DNA of 64,000 nucleotides, taken from NCBI GenBank assembly GCA_002416285.1, contig DICM01000030.1:2468-66467 (forward strand), given 5' to 3'. A program made the position numbers and the translations under genes. Shown in pieces: positions 9,481 to 20,282 of the stretch (the stretch's first letter is position 1; every line of letters begins with the position of its first letter). The stretch is from Bacillales bacterium UBA5026. GTDB taxonomy: Bacteria > Bacillota_I > Bacilli_A > RF39 > UBA660. Below the pieces are notes generated by a model, which did not search any database, was not told the DNA's origin, and saw nothing but the letters and a program-made list of their open reading frames with translations.

Positions 9481-10195
9481 TCGTTACTCCTTTTTTACAT
9501 ACATTGATAAAATCTTTAAAAATTGCTTTTTGCTCTTCTTGGTATGTGAGCATCTTTTCAGGATGCCACTGAACACCTAACACATAATCTTTGCTTGGGT
9601 ATTCGATTGCTTCAATATATCCATCCGTCGATACCGCTGAAATCGTAAATCCCAGCGCATCGGGAACATGATAATTATGAAAACTATTCACATTAATCTG
9701 ATCTTTTTTAAATAGATTATATAATCTGGTCTGCTTTTTTAATAAAATTGGATGAGTATGGTTTCCTTCTTCTAGATAATGGTTTTCACTACCTACATTT
9801 TTAAGTGTATGTTGCACTTGATTAGATATTTTTCTTTTTTCATGAGCAGCAAGCACTTGCATCCCCATACAAATTCCTAAAACAGGATAGTTGTGTTCAA
9901 TCAAATAATCGACAACAAAACAGTCGTATTCATACATTTTAAATCCACCGGGAAGTAAAAATCCATCACATAACTTTATTTGATCAATGAGCATTTCCTT
10001 CTCTTCTTCTGTTAAACTTGGAACATTCTTTGGAAGGACATTCTCATAGATTACATTTTGTGGAGGTAAAATTAAAATTGCATTCCCTCCCACTTCATTA
10101 ATAGCTTTCCGATAGACATCAAATACATTAATAATTGGGGTCTTTCGGTCATTAATATCGGGTCTTCCAATAATACCGATGATTGGTCTTTTCAT
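9473..10195 (-). CDS. Class I glutamine amidotransferase-like / gamma-glutamyl hydrolase (peptidase C26) family
   Basis: GICMGMQVL nucleophile elbow and WHPE motif. Confidence 0.75.
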   Translation of the reverse strand: MKRPIIGIIGRPDINDRKTPIINVFDVYRKAINEVGGNAILILPPQNVIYENVLPKNVPSLTEEEKEMLIDQIKLCDGFLLPGGFKMYEYDCFVVDYLIEHNYPVLGICMGMQVLAAHEKRKISNQVQHTLKNVGSENHYLEEGNHTHPILLKKQTRLYNLFKKDQINVNSFHNYHVPDALGFTISAVSTDGYIEAIEYPSKDYVLGVQWHPEKMLTYQEEQKAIFKDFINVCKKGVTNE

Positions 10196-10208
10196 GTTAT
10201 CACCATTC

Positions 10209-11426
10209 TTATTTTAGCACATATTTCTTTCTTAAGAACTCTTTTTGATCTTCTAACTCGTTTATCTTGACAATAACTTGAAGTTTTCGAATAACATCCA
10301 TAAGATTGACTTTAAGGTCATTTAACTTATTACTATAACGATTTGGAATTCCATGTTTAGAACTATATGGATTCGTTAAAATATTCGCAGTATATCCATT
10401 TTCTAAATCCATGAGTACCCAGCTCCCAGTCGATCCGGAAGCTGCAAAGGCATTCTCACTAGAAATATAAGGTATCTCGGAGTTTCGATAAAGTCCTCCA
10501 CCAGTTTGACGATAAAGCATAGCTCTTGGATAATTATCGTCTGTAAGCAATGTTGTCAGTATTTTTAAGTCTTGTTTAGTAACCAAATTTTCACGTATTA
10601 GAAATTGAAAAAACTGTACTAAATCTTTGCTAGTGGACCAAATACCCGCATGACCGCTATATTCACATACCCTAGCCTTTTCATCTCGAACTTGCCGTGG
10701 ATAGTGGTAATCATTTCCTGTTAGCAATGCATTTTCATCTACTTCGTAACCAGTATTATATAATCCCATTATGATGTTGAAATAAAGGCGAAAATGCTCT
10801 TTAAAATCAGGAGATAGCCTACTATATATCATATGTGGTATATCACTATAAGTATGAACACCAATTTGCTCTGTTGTCGCAAGTCGCAAGGCTTTTTCGG
10901 CTTCTAATAAAGTAATATTAGAATCATCAATACGAGGATGAGTCTCTAACTGGTAATAGAAATTTAATAATTCCGTAATTGTACAAGCATAATGAAAATC
11001 AGAATTAATTTGATGAATCGGTTGATCTAATGCGATAAAACCAAATTTATAATCCATTATGGCATGAATATCAGTAAACATTTTAGAAACACTAGCAATA
11101 TCAAAGCGGACAGTTTGATCGATCGGAAAATCTTGTTCCCCACCATTTCCAAGATAAAAGTATAGTTCTGGCCCCTTTTCTAGTCCAACAGCTAAACTCA
11201 TTCCGGAAATTTTATAAAAATTCATCCACTTTAAAAAATAGGCACTTTGATATTTTAAGATTTCCTCTATTTGATTTTGTTTTGTTTGACCCTTTCTCTT
11301 TAAAAAGTATTGCTTCAATTTCTCTCTTTCATAGGTTAATGTTTGTAATTTCAAATGAGGATTATTAACACAATAAAGAGATATTACTTGATCTATTGCT
11401 CGTTCTACTACACGCTCATAGTTCAT
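10209..11426 (-). CDS. Serine hydrolase, beta-lactamase/transpeptidase superfamily
   Basis: SxxK motif ASVSKMF. 405 aa. Confidence 0.65.
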   Translation of the reverse strand: MNYERVVERAIDQVISLYCVNNPHLKLQTLTYEREKLKQYFLKRKGQTKQNQIEEILKYQSAYFLKWMNFYKISGMSLAVGLEKGPELYFYLGNGGEQDFPIDQTVRFDIASVSKMFTDIHAIMDYKFGFIALDQPIHQINSDFHYACTITELLNFYYQLETHPRIDDSNITLLEAEKALRLATTEQIGVHTYSDIPHMIYSRLSPDFKEHFRLYFNIIMGLYNTGYEVDENALLTGNDYHYPRQVRDEKARVCEYSGHAGIWSTSKDLVQFFQFLIRENLVTKQDLKILTTLLTDDNYPRAMLYRQTGGGLYRNSEIPYISSENAFAASGSTGSWVLMDLENGYTANILTNPYSSKHGIPNRYSNKLNDLKVNLMDVIRKLQVIVKINELEDQKEFLRKKYVLK

Positions 11427-11461
11427 AATATCCCTCCTTATACACCTATTTATATATCATG

Positions 11462-13213
11462 CTATTTCTCTAATTCGGTTTCATATAATGCACGATATAT
11501 TGCATTTTCTTTTAGCAATTGTTGATGACTACCTAAGCCTGCAATCTTTCCTTCATCAATTAGAATAATTCGATCACTATCAATTACAGTACTTAGTCTA
11601 TGAGCAATCATTAAGATGGTATATTCTCCCTTCATATTGCGAATTGCTTCTTGAATACTTCTTTGGGTTTCATTATCGAGTGCACTTGTTGCTTCATCAA
11701 ATAAAATAATTTCTGTTCTACGAATAAATGCTCTTGCGATTGCTAAACGTTGTCGTTGTCCCCCTGATAGAGTGTAGCCGCCTTCTCCTACCATTGTATC
11801 GTATCCATTTTCCAGTGTCATAATAAAATCGTGAATACATGCCATTTTACAAGCTGTTTCTATTTCTTCATCTGTCGCATCCGATTTTACAATTTTTAGA
11901 TTCTCCCGAATAGTGAAATTAAAAATATAGGGATTTTGCGTAATGATTGAAATATTGTTTCGTAAACTTGCTTCAGTTAACTGATTGATATTTACTCCAT
12001 CAATGGTAATTTCTCCTGATAATGGATGATAAAGTCTTGTCAGAAGTCCAAAGATTGTTGTTTTTCCAGCACCACTTTTTCCAACAAAAGCAACCGTTTC
12101 ATTTGCTTTTACATCAAAGCTGATCCTATCCAAAATTTTATTTTCTTCCTTATAAGAGAAAGTCACATTTTTAAATGAAAAATCTCCATTAATATGTAGA
12201 AGTGTTTTTTCTCCAAATGTTTCTTTTGTATATTTTTCATTTTCAATAATTTCAAATACTCGGTTTGCCGATAAATTGAAATTACGGAGATACTCTAGAA
12301 ACTGCGTAAAATAGCTAAGTAAATTATAAACTCTTCCTTGATACATATATAAAACTACAAAGTTGGCTGTTATTAGCATGTTCTCTTTTATTAGAAGAAG
12401 TCCTAAGAATACAAAACCAATTGTTAAGGAGTCCTGAAGACTACCAGTCCAAAAATTGTAAGTTCTTTTTATCGTTGACATTTTATATTGTTCATCATTT
12501 GCTTCCTTCATACGAAGATGCATCGTTGATAGAAAATTTTTAGAGGCATTTAAAACTTTGATATCACGCATACCTCTAACTAACTCCGTAATGAGTCCAG
12601 TATTCTTTTCTCTAATCTTACGAAATTTTTTATCGATCTCAAAATACTTTTTCATACGAATATGATTCAATATAAATAAGACAATTAAACCAAATAGGAA
12701 GTATAGAAAGATAATTTTATTAATTGCAAATATGGCAACTAGAATTCCTATATTAGCAACAATATCGTTGATAGAATAGTTTAATTCTGTAAAGATATGA
12801 GCAATATCACCACTATCTCTGTTTAAGCGATCGATAAAGATCCCAGAAGAATTGTTATCAATCTCTTTTGTTTCTAATCTTAATATCTCTGAAGCAAGCG
12901 TCATTTGTAAGTCCAATAAAGTTTCACGAAAAAATATTTGACTTGTTTTATTAGCAAAATAATGAAATAGATTTCGGCTAATTTCCATGATGAAAACAAG
13001 GATGGCAATCGTCAATAATTCATTCCATTTCTCTCCGGTAATTCGGAGTAACACTTGCGCGGATATCATCGGTGTTAGAGCACCAATAATGCAAAGAACT
13101 AAGGAAGTAAACATATAGCCAAATAGATATTTCTTCTGCTTCTTTGCAAACCTCCATGATCTTTTTAAATTATGGACAGTATCGTTCCATTTTAATTTAT
13201 TATCTTTTTTCAT
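11462..13213 (-). CDS. ABC transporter, fused permease/ATP-binding exporter (MsbA/MdlB-like)
   Basis: Six N-terminal TM segments, Walker A GKSGAGKTT, signature LSGGQRQR, Walker B ILFDEATSALD. Start at MKKDNK with an AGGTGG RBS. Confidence 0.85.
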   Translation of the reverse strand: MKKDNKLKWNDTVHNLKRSWRFAKKQKKYLFGYMFTSLVLCIIGALTPMISAQVLLRITGEKWNELLTIAILVFIMEISRNLFHYFANKTSQIFFRETLLDLQMTLASEILRLETKEIDNNSSGIFIDRLNRDSGDIAHIFTELNYSINDIVANIGILVAIFAINKIIFLYFLFGLIVLFILNHIRMKKYFEIDKKFRKIREKNTGLITELVRGMRDIKVLNASKNFLSTMHLRMKEANDEQYKMSTIKRTYNFWTGSLQDSLTIGFVFLGLLLIKENMLITANFVVLYMYQGRVYNLLSYFTQFLEYLRNFNLSANRVFEIIENEKYTKETFGEKTLLHINGDFSFKNVTFSYKEENKILDRISFDVKANETVAFVGKSGAGKTTIFGLLTRLYHPLSGEITIDGVNINQLTEASLRNNISIITQNPYIFNFTIRENLKIVKSDATDEEIETACKMACIHDFIMTLENGYDTMVGEGGYTLSGGQRQRLAIARAFIRRTEIILFDEATSALDNETQRSIQEAIRNMKGEYTILMIAHRLSTVIDSDRIILIDEGKIAGLGSHQQLLKENAIYRALYETELEK

Positions 13214-13380
13214 ATATACCACCTAACTGCCCCATGATTGTAACATAATTAAGTCTCTTTCACAATAAAAAAATAAGAATTCATTTTTCGTTGCAATTAA
13301 AAAAATCAATTCGATTAAATTGTTTTTTACTTATCATTAGATAAATTATTTTATTATTGGCACAATTGGATAAAAGTAAG

Positions 13381-13406
13381 AAAAAACCATAATTTTATTA
13401 TGGTTC
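13381..13406 (-). terminator. Rho-independent terminator after rnj
   Basis: Minus strand reads GAACCATAAT-AAAA-ATTATGGTT followed by TTTTTT. Confidence 0.6.
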
Positions 13407-13412
13407 ATCCTA

Positions 13413-15059
13413 TTATACTTCCTGCATAACAATTAAAATCATCGGTTTACATTCAGTTTCTTTATAGAAATATTTTCCTAATTTATCACGAATACCTGTT
13501 TTAATTTTATTGAAATCGATAAAGTTAGGTTTTACAAATTCTTGTACAACTTCTAAGGATAATTTTTGTGCCTCTTTTATTAAATCAATATTGTCTTTTA
13601 CAAAAACAAATCCTCTAGTTAGAATTTCTGGACCAGCTAGAACCTTTTTCGTAGAACGGTCAAGTGTAACACTAACGATAACAATTCCGTTTTCACTTAA
13701 TAGTTCACGATCTTTTAAAACTAATTCTCCGATATCTCCAGCAGCTTTACCGTCTACTAAAATATCATCGACTTTAATTTTTTCACCATTATCTACTAAT
13801 TTTCCATTTTCGAAAGTAATAACTTCTCCATTTAGTTTTAGAAGAATATTCTCTTCATTCATACCTATTTCTTTTGCTGATTCAGCATTCGCTACTTGGT
13901 GACGATATTCACCAATTACAGGTACATAATATTTCGGTTGCATCAAATTAATCATCATCATAGAATCTTCTTTTGAAGCATGGTTCCCCAAGTATTTACT
14001 GCTAGAAACAATAATCAATTTTGCTCCTATTTTAGCTATGTCATCAAATACTTTAGTAGAACTTTTTTCCATTCCTTCATAAATTGGAGATGCGAATACA
14101 ACCGTATCAGATTCTGTAATTTTAATAAACTTGTCATAACCTTTTATAATTCTCATGATATTTGAAAATGGTTTTTCACGTTCATCAGATATTAGGACAA
14201 TAATCCCTTCATCATTCACATGTTTGATGTTTTGAATACGTTTTTTGTCGAAAGCAACGTATCCCATATCAATTGCGCGATCAATCATATTTTCTAAACG
14301 TTTTCCCATAATAACAATTTTACGATCCGTTTTCATAATTTCATTGAAAAGCTCTTGAATTCGATATAGTTGGGCTTGCACAATATTAAATATAATACGT
14401 CCCTCATTCATATCAAGTGTCTCTTGAATTACTTTTGAGATACGGTTCTTAGGTGATGTATATCCTAATTTATCTGCATATACAGATTCACTAAGTAGGC
14501 ATAATACACCCTGTTTCCCTACGTATGCGAGTTTCCCGATATCTGTTTTATAAGATCCATTCATAGCTTGATCAAATACATAGTTTCCAGTATAGAAAAT
14601 AATACCATCTTTCGTATTAATCGCATAACCAACTGTTCCAGGAACAGAATGGGTCAGCGCAATTGGGAAAATAGAAACCGCACCAAAATCAATTTTATGA
14701 TGTGGTTCTATTACATATAATTTTTCCGTCTTAATATTTTCATCAAATAATTCTTTCTTTAATAATTCGATGGTGAATGCGGTTCCATAGATTGCTAGAT
14801 CTGGTAGATCATGTAGCATATCTGGAATAGCTCCCATTTGACCATCGTGTCCGTGGGTAATAAATACACCCTTAATTTTTTCTTTGTTTTCTTTTAAATA
14901 ATCATAATTTGGGATAATATAATCTACCCCAAGCATCTTATCGTCGGCATATTTTAAACCGGCATCAAAGATAAATATGTCTTGGTCAACTTCGATAACA
15001 TATAAGTTTTTTCCGACTTCATTTAGTCCACCAAGAGCACATATTTTAATTTTACTCAT
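13413..15059 (-). CDS. rnj: Ribonuclease J family protein (metallo-beta-lactamase/beta-CASP) with a degenerate catalytic motif
   Basis: MSKIKICALGGLNEVGKNLYVIEVD...ITHGHDGQ closely parallels the B. subtilis RNase J1 N-terminus. Motif II reads HGHDGQ instead of HGHEDH. Confidence 0.8.
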   Translation of the reverse strand: MSKIKICALGGLNEVGKNLYVIEVDQDIFIFDAGLKYADDKMLGVDYIIPNYDYLKENKEKIKGVFITHGHDGQMGAIPDMLHDLPDLAIYGTAFTIELLKKELFDENIKTEKLYVIEPHHKIDFGAVSIFPIALTHSVPGTVGYAINTKDGIIFYTGNYVFDQAMNGSYKTDIGKLAYVGKQGVLCLLSESVYADKLGYTSPKNRISKVIQETLDMNEGRIIFNIVQAQLYRIQELFNEIMKTDRKIVIMGKRLENMIDRAIDMGYVAFDKKRIQNIKHVNDEGIIVLISDEREKPFSNIMRIIKGYDKFIKITESDTVVFASPIYEGMEKSSTKVFDDIAKIGAKLIIVSSSKYLGNHASKEDSMMMINLMQPKYYVPVIGEYRHQVANAESAKEIGMNEENILLKLNGEVITFENGKLVDNGEKIKVDDILVDGKAAGDIGELVLKDRELLSENGIVIVSVTLDRSTKKVLAGPEILTRGFVFVKDNIDLIKEAQKLSLEVVQEFVKPNFIDFNKIKTGIRDKLGKYFYKETECKPMILIVMQEV

Positions 15060-15082
15060 AAAAACTCCTTTCTTTAGGCATT

Positions 15083-15125
15083 AAAAAAGACGAACTCATT
15101 ATATCAGAAATAATGACTTTCGTCT
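15083..15125 (-). terminator. Long hairpin plus T-run after the 15145 gene
   Basis: Minus strand reads AGACGAAAGTCATTAT...ATAATGAGTTCGTCT followed by TTTTTT. Confidence 0.5.
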
Positions 15126-15144
15126 AGTAGATTTATTATATATC

Positions 15145-15831
15145 TTAAAATAGAATTGGTAAAACATAAATGATAAATAAAACAGTAAGAGAAATTCCAC
15201 CGACAAATAAATATCCTTGTTTATTCTCATCTACTCTTGTAACAATTTTTAATCCTTGGAAGAGTGTCACAAACATAAATAGAAATCCTAGTAGAAATAC
15301 TACGAGCATCAATTTAAGGGATAAGTTAAATAAAACGAATCCTACTAATAATGTTACAATTGATATAATAGAGGTAACTGCTAGCAATGCTACCATTTTT
15401 TTATAATCTATCTTACTATTTGATAACCGTTCAGTCATTAATTGAAATACAAGGGCTACAAAGAAACTTGCTATCAGAATTTTAAATACAGTCATAAAGA
15501 AAACTCGATAAAACATTGCAGCTGAACCTAGTTGATATTCATATGTAAAAAATCGAATAGCAAAACTTTCTCTAAATAGAAAAACTGCTAAAATACCGAT
15601 TAGAATAGACTGAACAATTAAAATAATAACTGATAAAGCAATATCTTCTTTTTTCACAAAAGATTTTATAGTATCTACAGGTTTTGTAAAGATACCTTTT
15701 ATGGTTTCCCATAATTCTTTCATATATAAGTCTACTTTACTTGCTTCCCCATCAATTTTCACTTCTCTTTTACAATTACATTCCTGACCATCAACTAGTG
15801 GTTTTCCACAATTTGTACAATATTTCGCCAT
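15145..15831 (-). CDS. Zinc-ribbon plus multi-pass membrane protein (Yip1-like)
   Basis: N-terminal CTNCGKPL...CNC zinc ribbon followed by five TM helices. Confidence 0.5.
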   Translation of the reverse strand: MAKYCTNCGKPLVDGQECNCKREVKIDGEASKVDLYMKELWETIKGIFTKPVDTIKSFVKKEDIALSVIILIVQSILIGILAVFLFRESFAIRFFTYEYQLGSAAMFYRVFFMTVFKILIASFFVALVFQLMTERLSNSKIDYKKMVALLAVTSIISIVTLLVGFVLFNLSLKLMLVVFLLGFLFMFVTLFQGLKIVTRVDENKQGYLFVGGISLTVLFIIYVLPILF

Positions 15832-15840
15832 AATTTCCTC

Positions 15841-17046
15841 CTATAAATATCTTGAAAAATAAGTCATTAAATTTTTGAAACTAACAAAATGAAAATCTTC
15901 ATTCTGATAATCATAAGTCAAATTAACATAGTCGTAATCACTATCCGTATGTTCTTTTTGTTCTCCATTCTCATTCGTATACATTACTGTATAATCGTAA
16001 TTTACTTTCAAACTTAAATATAAATATCCTTCATCTGTAATTTCTAAATCGGTTAAATCAAGATTTTTGAATGTAATCGATTTTAAATTACTACTGCTAA
16101 CATCACTCAAAAGCTGATTGTAACTTCTTTCAAGAGCATTCGTATCTCCATTTTCATATTGATACTGCTCCTTTATATCTGCAAAGTTCTTCTTTTCTAA
16201 AATAGATTGATAAAGTTGTTCTAAAGATTGTTTGGAAATTTGTAAAAGTTTTTCTCTCGTTTCTTTTGACAAACTTTTTTCATCGAAAGTTACTGTTGCA
16301 CGTCTTCTACTTTTACTTACCATAATCGTGTCCTCAATATCAAATCCAAATGGTAAGGTTGCTTTTACTTTGTAATTGGTTTGAAACATTGCTGGTAGTT
16401 CATATACATCGAGACTGTCTGTTGATTTCTCTTTATTTAAATAAGATGTTAAATCGATTCCTTCAATTGTTAGCTTTGATCCTTTTAGGGCACTTAAAGT
16501 AAATTGATCAATCGTCTCGAATGAACTCGTATCAACACTCCAGTTTTTAAAAAACAGCCATTTATTCTTTTTATGTTTAAGTAAAGTTACTATAGTTGTT
16601 TCCGTTTGTTTACTCGATTTATCAGTATAACTGATTTCAACATTGGTACGAAAACCATCTTCTGAAGAAGTTAGCTTTGTTACTTTATAATTAACAACGT
16701 TGATATTCTCATCTTCCAATTGTTGCCTTAATAGACTACTAACAACCTTTTTCGATGTAAAAGGACTAGTCTCTTTTAATTCTAAAGTCTGATATAACTT
16801 ATCACCTTTCGCATAGGCAATTGCTTCAAAATAATTGGAAGCGATATATTTGGGACTCGTATAATAACTACCCACTAAATAAGATAAAATTCCAAAAAAT
16901 AAGACTATAATGATTACTCCAATTGTGATTTTTTTCTTCTTTGTTAAAGTATTTTTATAAAATAATGGTTTCTTTAAAGAATGACCACAATTCTCACAAA
17001 ATCGTGATGTTTTCTCATTCTCCGTTCCACATTCTTTACAAATCAT
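15841..17046 (-). CDS. Zinc-ribbon-anchored single-pass membrane protein with a large extracytoplasmic domain
   Basis: MICKECGTENEKTSRFCENCGHSL zinc ribbon, then a TM helix, then a 330-aa domain. Confidence 0.5.
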   Translation of the reverse strand: MICKECGTENEKTSRFCENCGHSLKKPLFYKNTLTKKKKITIGVIIIVLFFGILSYLVGSYYTSPKYIASNYFEAIAYAKGDKLYQTLELKETSPFTSKKVVSSLLRQQLEDENINVVNYKVTKLTSSEDGFRTNVEISYTDKSSKQTETTIVTLLKHKKNKWLFFKNWSVDTSSFETIDQFTLSALKGSKLTIEGIDLTSYLNKEKSTDSLDVYELPAMFQTNYKVKATLPFGFDIEDTIMVSKSRRRATVTFDEKSLSKETREKLLQISKQSLEQLYQSILEKKNFADIKEQYQYENGDTNALERSYNQLLSDVSSSNLKSITFKNLDLTDLEITDEGYLYLSLKVNYDYTVMYTNENGEQKEHTDSDYDYVNLTYDYQNEDFHFVSFKNLMTYFSRYL

Positions 17047-17110
17047 ATCATCAACTCCTATCTATAAGGTAACACTCCATAAAAACAAAAGTCAACTAAA
17101 TTTATTTATT

Positions 17111-17677
17111 TCACTTATTTTTCAAAAATGTATAAAGAAATGGATACTTGTTTTCTTGATATGTATAATAACAAGAAACTTGCTTCTTGAGGTACTCGAT
17201 CACTGAAGACTCATTTTTTTTGAATTTTTCTTTTGAAACAATATAGTAGGTGTTTAAGTTTAAATATAGATAAAGGGCATTAGGACTCTCTATAATGCAA
17301 TTAACTTTTTTATAGGGAATTTGTTCTTTTCCATCTTCATTTTCAATTTCTATAACATCCTCTAAAAAAGAATAAGTGTTTTTTATTTTTAGAATTTGTG
17401 GATCATTTCTTAATAATTGTTTTAATTGCATCTTCGGTAATAAATTACTCTTCATTTCAATAATTACTAAAACGGATACAAAAACAGCTATAGAACGAAA
17501 TAGAATATCATGAAAAAAGAAAATCGCTAAATATAAAAATAATGCACTTAATAGATAAAAGAAAACATTCCATTTATGTAGTTCAAAGCGATAATGAATC
17601 TGCACAAATTCTGTAAGGTTCTCTTTCTGATAATTTGTATGATTCTCTATTTTCATATTTACCTCCTTAAAAACCAC
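17111..17677 (-). CDS. Hypothetical membrane protein
   Basis: Two N-terminal TM helices. Overlaps the mutL stop. Confidence 0.4.
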   Translation of the reverse strand: MVFKEVNMKIENHTNYQKENLTEFVQIHYRFELHKWNVFFYLLSALFLYLAIFFFHDILFRSIAVFVSVLVIIEMKSNLLPKMQLKQLLRNDPQILKIKNTYSFLEDVIEIENEDGKEQIPYKKVNCIIESPNALYLYLNLNTYYIVSKEKFKKNESSVIEYLKKQVSCYYTYQENKYPFLYTFLKNK

Positions 17678-19445
17678 TTCTTTTAAATAGTTTTTCTAAA
17701 TCATAATTTGAGTAAAATATAATTGTTGGTCTTCCATGAGGACAATTAAACGGATTATCACATTTACGTAGATCGGCTATCAATTGTTCCATTTCTAACA
17801 TCGTAATATTTTCATTTGCTTTAATTGCATGTTTACAGGCCATCATGGTTGCTACCTTTTCATTAAATTTTTCGATACTAAAGTTTTTCTCACAGAGTAA
17901 GATTGTTTCTAATATTTTTTTGGTTGATTCCAATTCTTCTCCCTTTGGAATCCATGTCGGATGGGTCTTAACGATCACGGAATTGACACCAAATTCCGAA
18001 ATATCAAAACCAAGTCCTCGAATAAATTCAAAATATTCCTTCAATATGACAAATTCATTGTTAGAAAACTCAATTGTCATTGGGAATAAAAGAGCGATTG
18101 AACCTCCTGTAGGATGTCCCATTTGATATTTGAATAATTCATAGTTTACTCGTTCTTTAGCCGCATGTTGATCAATTAAATACATTCCAAGTTCATTTTG
18201 GCAAATAATATAAGTTCCATGAACTAAACCGACCGGATAGAGTTCTGGAAGACGATCTTTTGCTTTTTCTTCCTGAACAGTTTCTCTTTTTATAAATAAT
18301 GGTGATTCTACTTCCTTTTGAATAGTATCCTCTATTCTTATATATGGTTCCTCTTCTGCAACACGATTTAATTCCATGTTCTCTTGATAGAACTTATTTT
18401 TCGTCTCATCTTGAATTTCTTCTTCTATATCTTGCTCTGGCTCTTCGATTTCAGGTATTAAAGTTAATCGTTTAAGTTCCTGTTTAATCATATGCGAAAC
18501 TAAAATTAGTAGTTCTTCTAGTTTTGAAAACTTAATATCCATTTTAGTTGGATGAATATTGACGTCTATTAGACTTGGATCTACATCAATATTAAGTACG
18601 ACAACTGGATAACGATTATCTGGTTTATAAGAGTGATAACTGTCATTGATTGTTCTAGTTAAATCGATATTTTTTACAACTCGTCCATTGACTAAAGTAA
18701 TCATATGATTTCGACTGGAACGGTGTGTTTCTGGTAAGGATATATACCCTGTAACAGTATAATCATTATCTTCTGCAGATACTGGGACCATTTTTTTAAC
18801 TAGGTCAATTCCATAGATTGCTTTAATTGTTTTTAGAACATTTCCACTTCCATCAGTATTTAATAATGTCGCTCCATTATTTGTTAAAATAAACTTGATA
18901 TCTGGATGGGAAAGGGCTATTTTGTTCACGTAATCCGTTACACTAGCAAGTTCTGTATAAAGACTTTTCATATGTTTCAATCTAGCTGGTGTATTGTAAA
19001 ACAAATTAGAGACAGTCATAATTGTCCCAACTCTAGCATCACTTGGTTCTATAGTTTCAATCTTACCACCATTAATATGAACGACAGTTCCGACATTCCC
19101 ATCTGAGGTTTTAAGTTCCACTTCAGAAACAGAGGCAATACTAGATAAAGCTTCTCCACGGAATCCAAGAGTCGCAATATGAAAAAGATCATCCTCTGTT
19201 TTTAATTTGCTAGTAGCATGACGTCCAAAAGCTAAAACAGCATCTTCTTTATCCATTCCAACACCATTGTCAGTAACTCGCATCATTTTTGTTCCAGCTT
19301 CGATCAAATCAATTTTTATTTCAGTCGCACCCGCATCGATACTATTTTCGACAAGTTCTTTAATTACACTAGCGCATCTTTCTACTACTTCTCCAGCAGC
19401 TATTTTATTCGCTAAGATTTCATCCATTATTTTGATTCTTGACAT
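17667..19445 (-). CDS. mutL: DNA mismatch repair protein MutL
   Basis: MSRIKIMDEILANKIAAGEVVERCASVIKELVENSIDAG GHKL ATPase motif. Start at MSR, which has a GGAAGTGG RBS. Confidence 0.9.
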   Translation of the reverse strand: MSRIKIMDEILANKIAAGEVVERCASVIKELVENSIDAGATEIKIDLIEAGTKMMRVTDNGVGMDKEDAVLAFGRHATSKLKTEDDLFHIATLGFRGEALSSIASVSEVELKTSDGNVGTVVHINGGKIETIEPSDARVGTIMTVSNLFYNTPARLKHMKSLYTELASVTDYVNKIALSHPDIKFILTNNGATLLNTDGSGNVLKTIKAIYGIDLVKKMVPVSAEDNDYTVTGYISLPETHRSSRNHMITLVNGRVVKNIDLTRTINDSYHSYKPDNRYPVVVLNIDVDPSLIDVNIHPTKMDIKFSKLEELLILVSHMIKQELKRLTLIPEIEEPEQDIEEEIQDETKNKFYQENMELNRVAEEEPYIRIEDTIQKEVESPLFIKRETVQEEKAKDRLPELYPVGLVHGTYIICQNELGMYLIDQHAAKERVNYELFKYQMGHPTGGSIALLFPMTIEFSNNEFVILKEYFEFIRGLGFDISEFGVNSVIVKTHPTWIPKGEELESTKKILETILLCEKNFSIEKFNEKVATMMACKHAIKANENITMLEMEQLIADLRKCDNPFNCPHGRPTIIFYSNYDLEKLFKRSGF

Positions 19446-19524
19446 CTTACCACTTCCTTGTATCATTATATCAATTTTTAGAACTCATTACAATCAAGTC
19501 AAAAAAAAGATCAAAATATTTGAT

Positions 19525-20214
19525 CTAAAATTCTGGTATTTTATATGTTGTATCGACAGAAACCGTAAATAATTTTTCTTTACAATCTCCAAAACATACT
19601 TTTAATTCCTTTTCGTTTTCATTATTAGTTTGAAGAGTTATAATTTCTGAACTTTCAGACCAACCTTCATAAAAATCACTAGAAATAAAGGTTATTAAGT
19701 TCATTAATTCAATTTTTTCTTCATCTGTAAGAGTATAGATTTTGTTGGATTCATTATTCATTTTTGCAATATATCCTGTTAAAGTTCCTAATAATTTAGT
19801 TGTATCTTGAGATTTTAATATGACATCATCCTCTATGTCATAAGAAGATGGATACCAACTATCATCATTTAAAAGAAACTTTTGTTCCATTTTTTTATCT
19901 TTATAATTAAAATAATAAATCATGACATCTAAATGTTTCTTTAATGCTTCTCCTCTTTCATAAATGACATACGCTTTATGAAGTTCTTCACTATCCTGCG
20001 AGGCGAAAAGTTCTGTTCTCATCGTTTTACTTCCGTTTTTTCCAGAGACTATCATCTGATATTTTGTACTATTGCTCCATTTCAATGATGTACCAGTACT
20101 TTTACTTGAACCTGTTTTTAATTTTGGCAGAGTCCAAACAGTAAACACAACCCCTACTACAACTACAAATATCACAAATGTAATAATATATAATGTCTTG
20201 CTATCTGATTTCAT
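19525..20214 (-). CDS. Hypothetical N-terminally anchored protein
   Basis: Signal-anchor TM helix, then a 190-aa domain. Confidence 0.4.
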   Translation of the reverse strand: MKSDSKTLYIITFVIFVVVVGVVFTVWTLPKLKTGSSKSTGTSLKWSNSTKYQMIVSGKNGSKTMRTELFASQDSEELHKAYVIYERGEALKKHLDVMIYYFNYKDKKMEQKFLLNDDSWYPSSYDIEDDVILKSQDTTKLLGTLTGYIAKMNNESNKIYTLTDEEKIELMNLITFISSDFYEGWSESSEIITLQTNNENEKELKVCFGDCKEKLFTVSVDTTYKIPEF

Positions 20215-20282
20215 ATATCCTCCTTATTTATTCTTTTTTATTCTAGTTTAGTATATCACAAAATCATGTAGCTTTCTATAGG

